A stretch of DNA of 64,000 nucleotides, taken from NCBI GenBank assembly GCA_963727525.1, contig CAVSGO010000007.1, positions 928,001-992,000 on the forward strand, written 5' to 3'. The notes beneath the pieces were generated by a model. The model did not search any database. It was not told where the DNA came from and was given only the letters and a program-made list of their open reading frames with translations. The translations under genes were made by a program, and so were the position numbers. Source of the stretch: an uncultured bacterium. Its GTDB lineage: Bacteria > Krumholzibacteriota > Krumholzibacteriia > LZORAL124-64-63. Positions 62,323 to 64,000 of the stretch are shown piece after piece (position 1 is the first letter of the stretch; each line of letters starts with the position of its first letter).

Positions 62323-63644
62323 GCTGCGTCCCCATCAGTGAGGGCGGCGAGGCCGCGCCATGTCGCCGCGATTTCAGCGGGCTCGGCCACCTCCTGCGTC
62401 AGGAATCCGCGCAACGCCTCTTCCCGGGCGAGAGCCGTGTCGAGGATCCGATCGTGGCCGGCGGCATACGCTCCGATCGTCACGAGGTCTCGGTTGTCTT
62501 CCAGACTCTTCAGCCAGCGCATCACCTGCGTCCCCTGCGCACGGATGGCCGGCGCCACGATGTCATTGCGCAGCCGGCTCACGGAGCCCAGCACGTCGAT
62601 CGCCGGATAGTGCCCCTGGCGGGCGAGGTCGCGGCTCAGCATCAGATGGCCGTCCAGGATGGCGCGCATGGCATCCCCGATCGGGTCCTGGATGTCATCG
62701 CCCTCGATGAGCACGGTGAAGAACGCCGTCATCGCATTCACGTGCGACCAGCCCGCGCGTTCGCACAGGCGCGGCAGCGCCGCGAAGACAGACGGCGGGT
62801 AGCCCTTCGTCGTGGGCGGTTCGCCCGCGGCCAGGCCGATCTCGCGAAGGGCCATCGCGTATCGCGTGGCGGAGTCCATCATCAGCAGCACGTCGTGGTC
62901 GCTGTCGCGGAAGTGCTCAGCGATGGTCATGGCCGTCTCGGCACCCTTGGCACGCATCACCGCCGATTCGTCGGAGGTGACGACCACGACCACACTGCGC
63001 GCCAGGCCTTCCGGCCCGAGGTCACGTTCGAGGAACTCGCGCACCTCGCGTCCGCGCTCGCCGATCAGTGCAAGCACGTTCACATCCACGGACGAGTTGC
63101 GCGCCAGCATGCCCAGGAGCACCGATTTGCCGACGCCGCTGCCGGCGAAGATGCCCAGGCGCTGCCCCCGCGCCACGGAGACGAGCGCGTCGAGCGAACG
63201 TACGCCCGTGGCGAGCTGATCCTGGCATCGCCGGCGCGCCAGCGCGTTGGGCGCGGCACTGCCGAGGGGCCGCCGCGGTAGGTGGCCCAGCGGCGGGCCG
63301 CCATCGATGGGTTCGCCCAAACCGTTGAGCACGCGTCCCAGCAGCGCCTCGCCCGTCGGCACGGTGGGACGGCTCGCCACGAGCGTGACGGGCAAGCCGG
63401 CTGCAAGACCCTTGGCCAGCACATACGGCATCACGAGCAGGCGCCCCTCGCGAAACCCGACAGCCTCGGCGAGTACCGGCTCGCGATCGCGCCCCATCTC
63501 GATGCGACATAGTGCCCCGACCGGCGCGGCGAGGCCGCCCACCTCGATGGTCATGCCGACCATCTCGGCCACGCGGCCGACCTGGCGGACCGGATCGCAA
63601 CCGCGAACCTCGGCCACGCAGTCAGGCCAGGGGAGCTGGAGCAT
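62319..63644 (-). CDS. fliI: Flagellar export ATPase FliI
   Basis: GIFAGSGVGKS, LIGERGREV, MDSATRYA, GEPPTTKGYPPS, DGHLMLSR. Start trimmed to MLQLP. Confidence 0.96.
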   Translation of the reverse strand: MLQLPWPDCVAEVRGCDPVRQVGRVAEMVGMTIEVGGLAAPVGALCRIEMGRDREPVLAEAVGFREGRLLVMPYVLAKGLAAGLPVTLVASRPTVPTGEALLGRVLNGLGEPIDGGPPLGHLPRRPLGSAAPNALARRRCQDQLATGVRSLDALVSVARGQRLGIFAGSGVGKSVLLGMLARNSSVDVNVLALIGERGREVREFLERDLGPEGLARSVVVVVTSDESAVMRAKGAETAMTIAEHFRDSDHDVLLMMDSATRYAMALREIGLAAGEPPTTKGYPPSVFAALPRLCERAGWSHVNAMTAFFTVLIEGDDIQDPIGDAMRAILDGHLMLSRDLARQGHYPAIDVLGSVSRLRNDIVAPAIRAQGTQVMRWLKSLEDNRDLVTIGAYAAGHDRILDTALAREEALRGFLTQEVAEPAEIAATWRGLAALTDGDAA

Positions 63645-64000
63645 CGGGCACCTCCTTCGCGACGTCGCGGGCGTTTGTCGCCAGGGCCTCCCGCGCCACC
63701 TCTTCCAGTACCGTGAGCTGCCGCCGCACCGTGGCATCCCACTCGAGGTCGGCCGCCCTCACGAGACAACCGCCGAGCTGGATGCGTCGGTCCTCCTTGA
63801 CGTCGCTGATACGCAGGCGCGCGCAGACCTCGGGCGCGCTGCGCAGGTTGGCGGCGTCGTCGGGATGGCAGGTGACGGACACGGTCGCGCCCGGCTCGGC
63901 CTTGAATAGCACCGTCTCGATGCCGCGCAGGAGCACCTCGTCGTCGACCTCGACCCGCGCCCGCACGATCTTCTCCGCCATCGCCAAGGCCAGGTGCACC
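63622..64000 (-). CDS. fliH: Flagellar export protein FliH, 3' part; 5' end is outside the window
   Basis: LALAMAEKIV, CHPDD, GGCLV, DATV; directly upstream of fliI. Confidence 0.85.
   Translation of the reverse strand, partial: VHLALAMAEKIVRARVEVDDEVLLRGIETVLFKAEPGATVSVTCHPDDAANLRSAPEVCARLRISDVKEDRRIQLGGCLVRAADLEWDATVRRQLTVLEEVAREALATNARDVAKEVPDAPAPLA

Noticed and set aside
47240-64000. Non-flagellar type III secretion system (injectisome)
   Set aside because: flgD, flgE, fliK, motAB, fliL and fliM show that the export genes are flagellar.

Overview
High-GC bacterial chromosomal segment with almost all genes on the minus strand. No rRNA, tRNA, CRISPR array, prophage or IS element is recognisable. 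The left ~37 kb is housekeeping: cmk (partial), hisC, rluB, scpB, scpA, trpS, xerD, uvrC; a lone plus-strand rpsT; dapB, dapA, dapF, a lipoprotein, argF, hslU, hslV, xerC, trmFO, topA, an Smg-like gene, secA; a polyprenol-kinase-like gene, an SLT transglycosylase, an M6 protease with a T9SS/FlgD-Ig-type C-terminal domain; guaA, purH, purC, comEC and a GGDEF cyclase. Next come a LysM lytic transglycosylase, a PorV-like barrel, a sigma54 activator and two HDOD proteins. The right ~20 kb is a flagellar cluster: fliH (partial), fliI, fliJ, motE-like, fliK, flgD, flgE, flbD, motAB, fliLMNOPQR, flhBAF, flgV-like, fliA and two unknown ORFs. The PorV-like barrel and the sorting-domain protein suggest an FCB-group, non-Bacteroidota lineage (inference only). 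The most unusual part is the end of the flagellar cluster: FlhF has degenerate GTPase motifs, flhG is missing from its usual slot, FliA carries a hydrophobic C-terminal tail, FliM lacks the canonical CheY-binding peptide, the stator has Na+-type residues, and several internal sigma54 promoters are visible. All product calls come from motif recognition and gene order; no database search was run.
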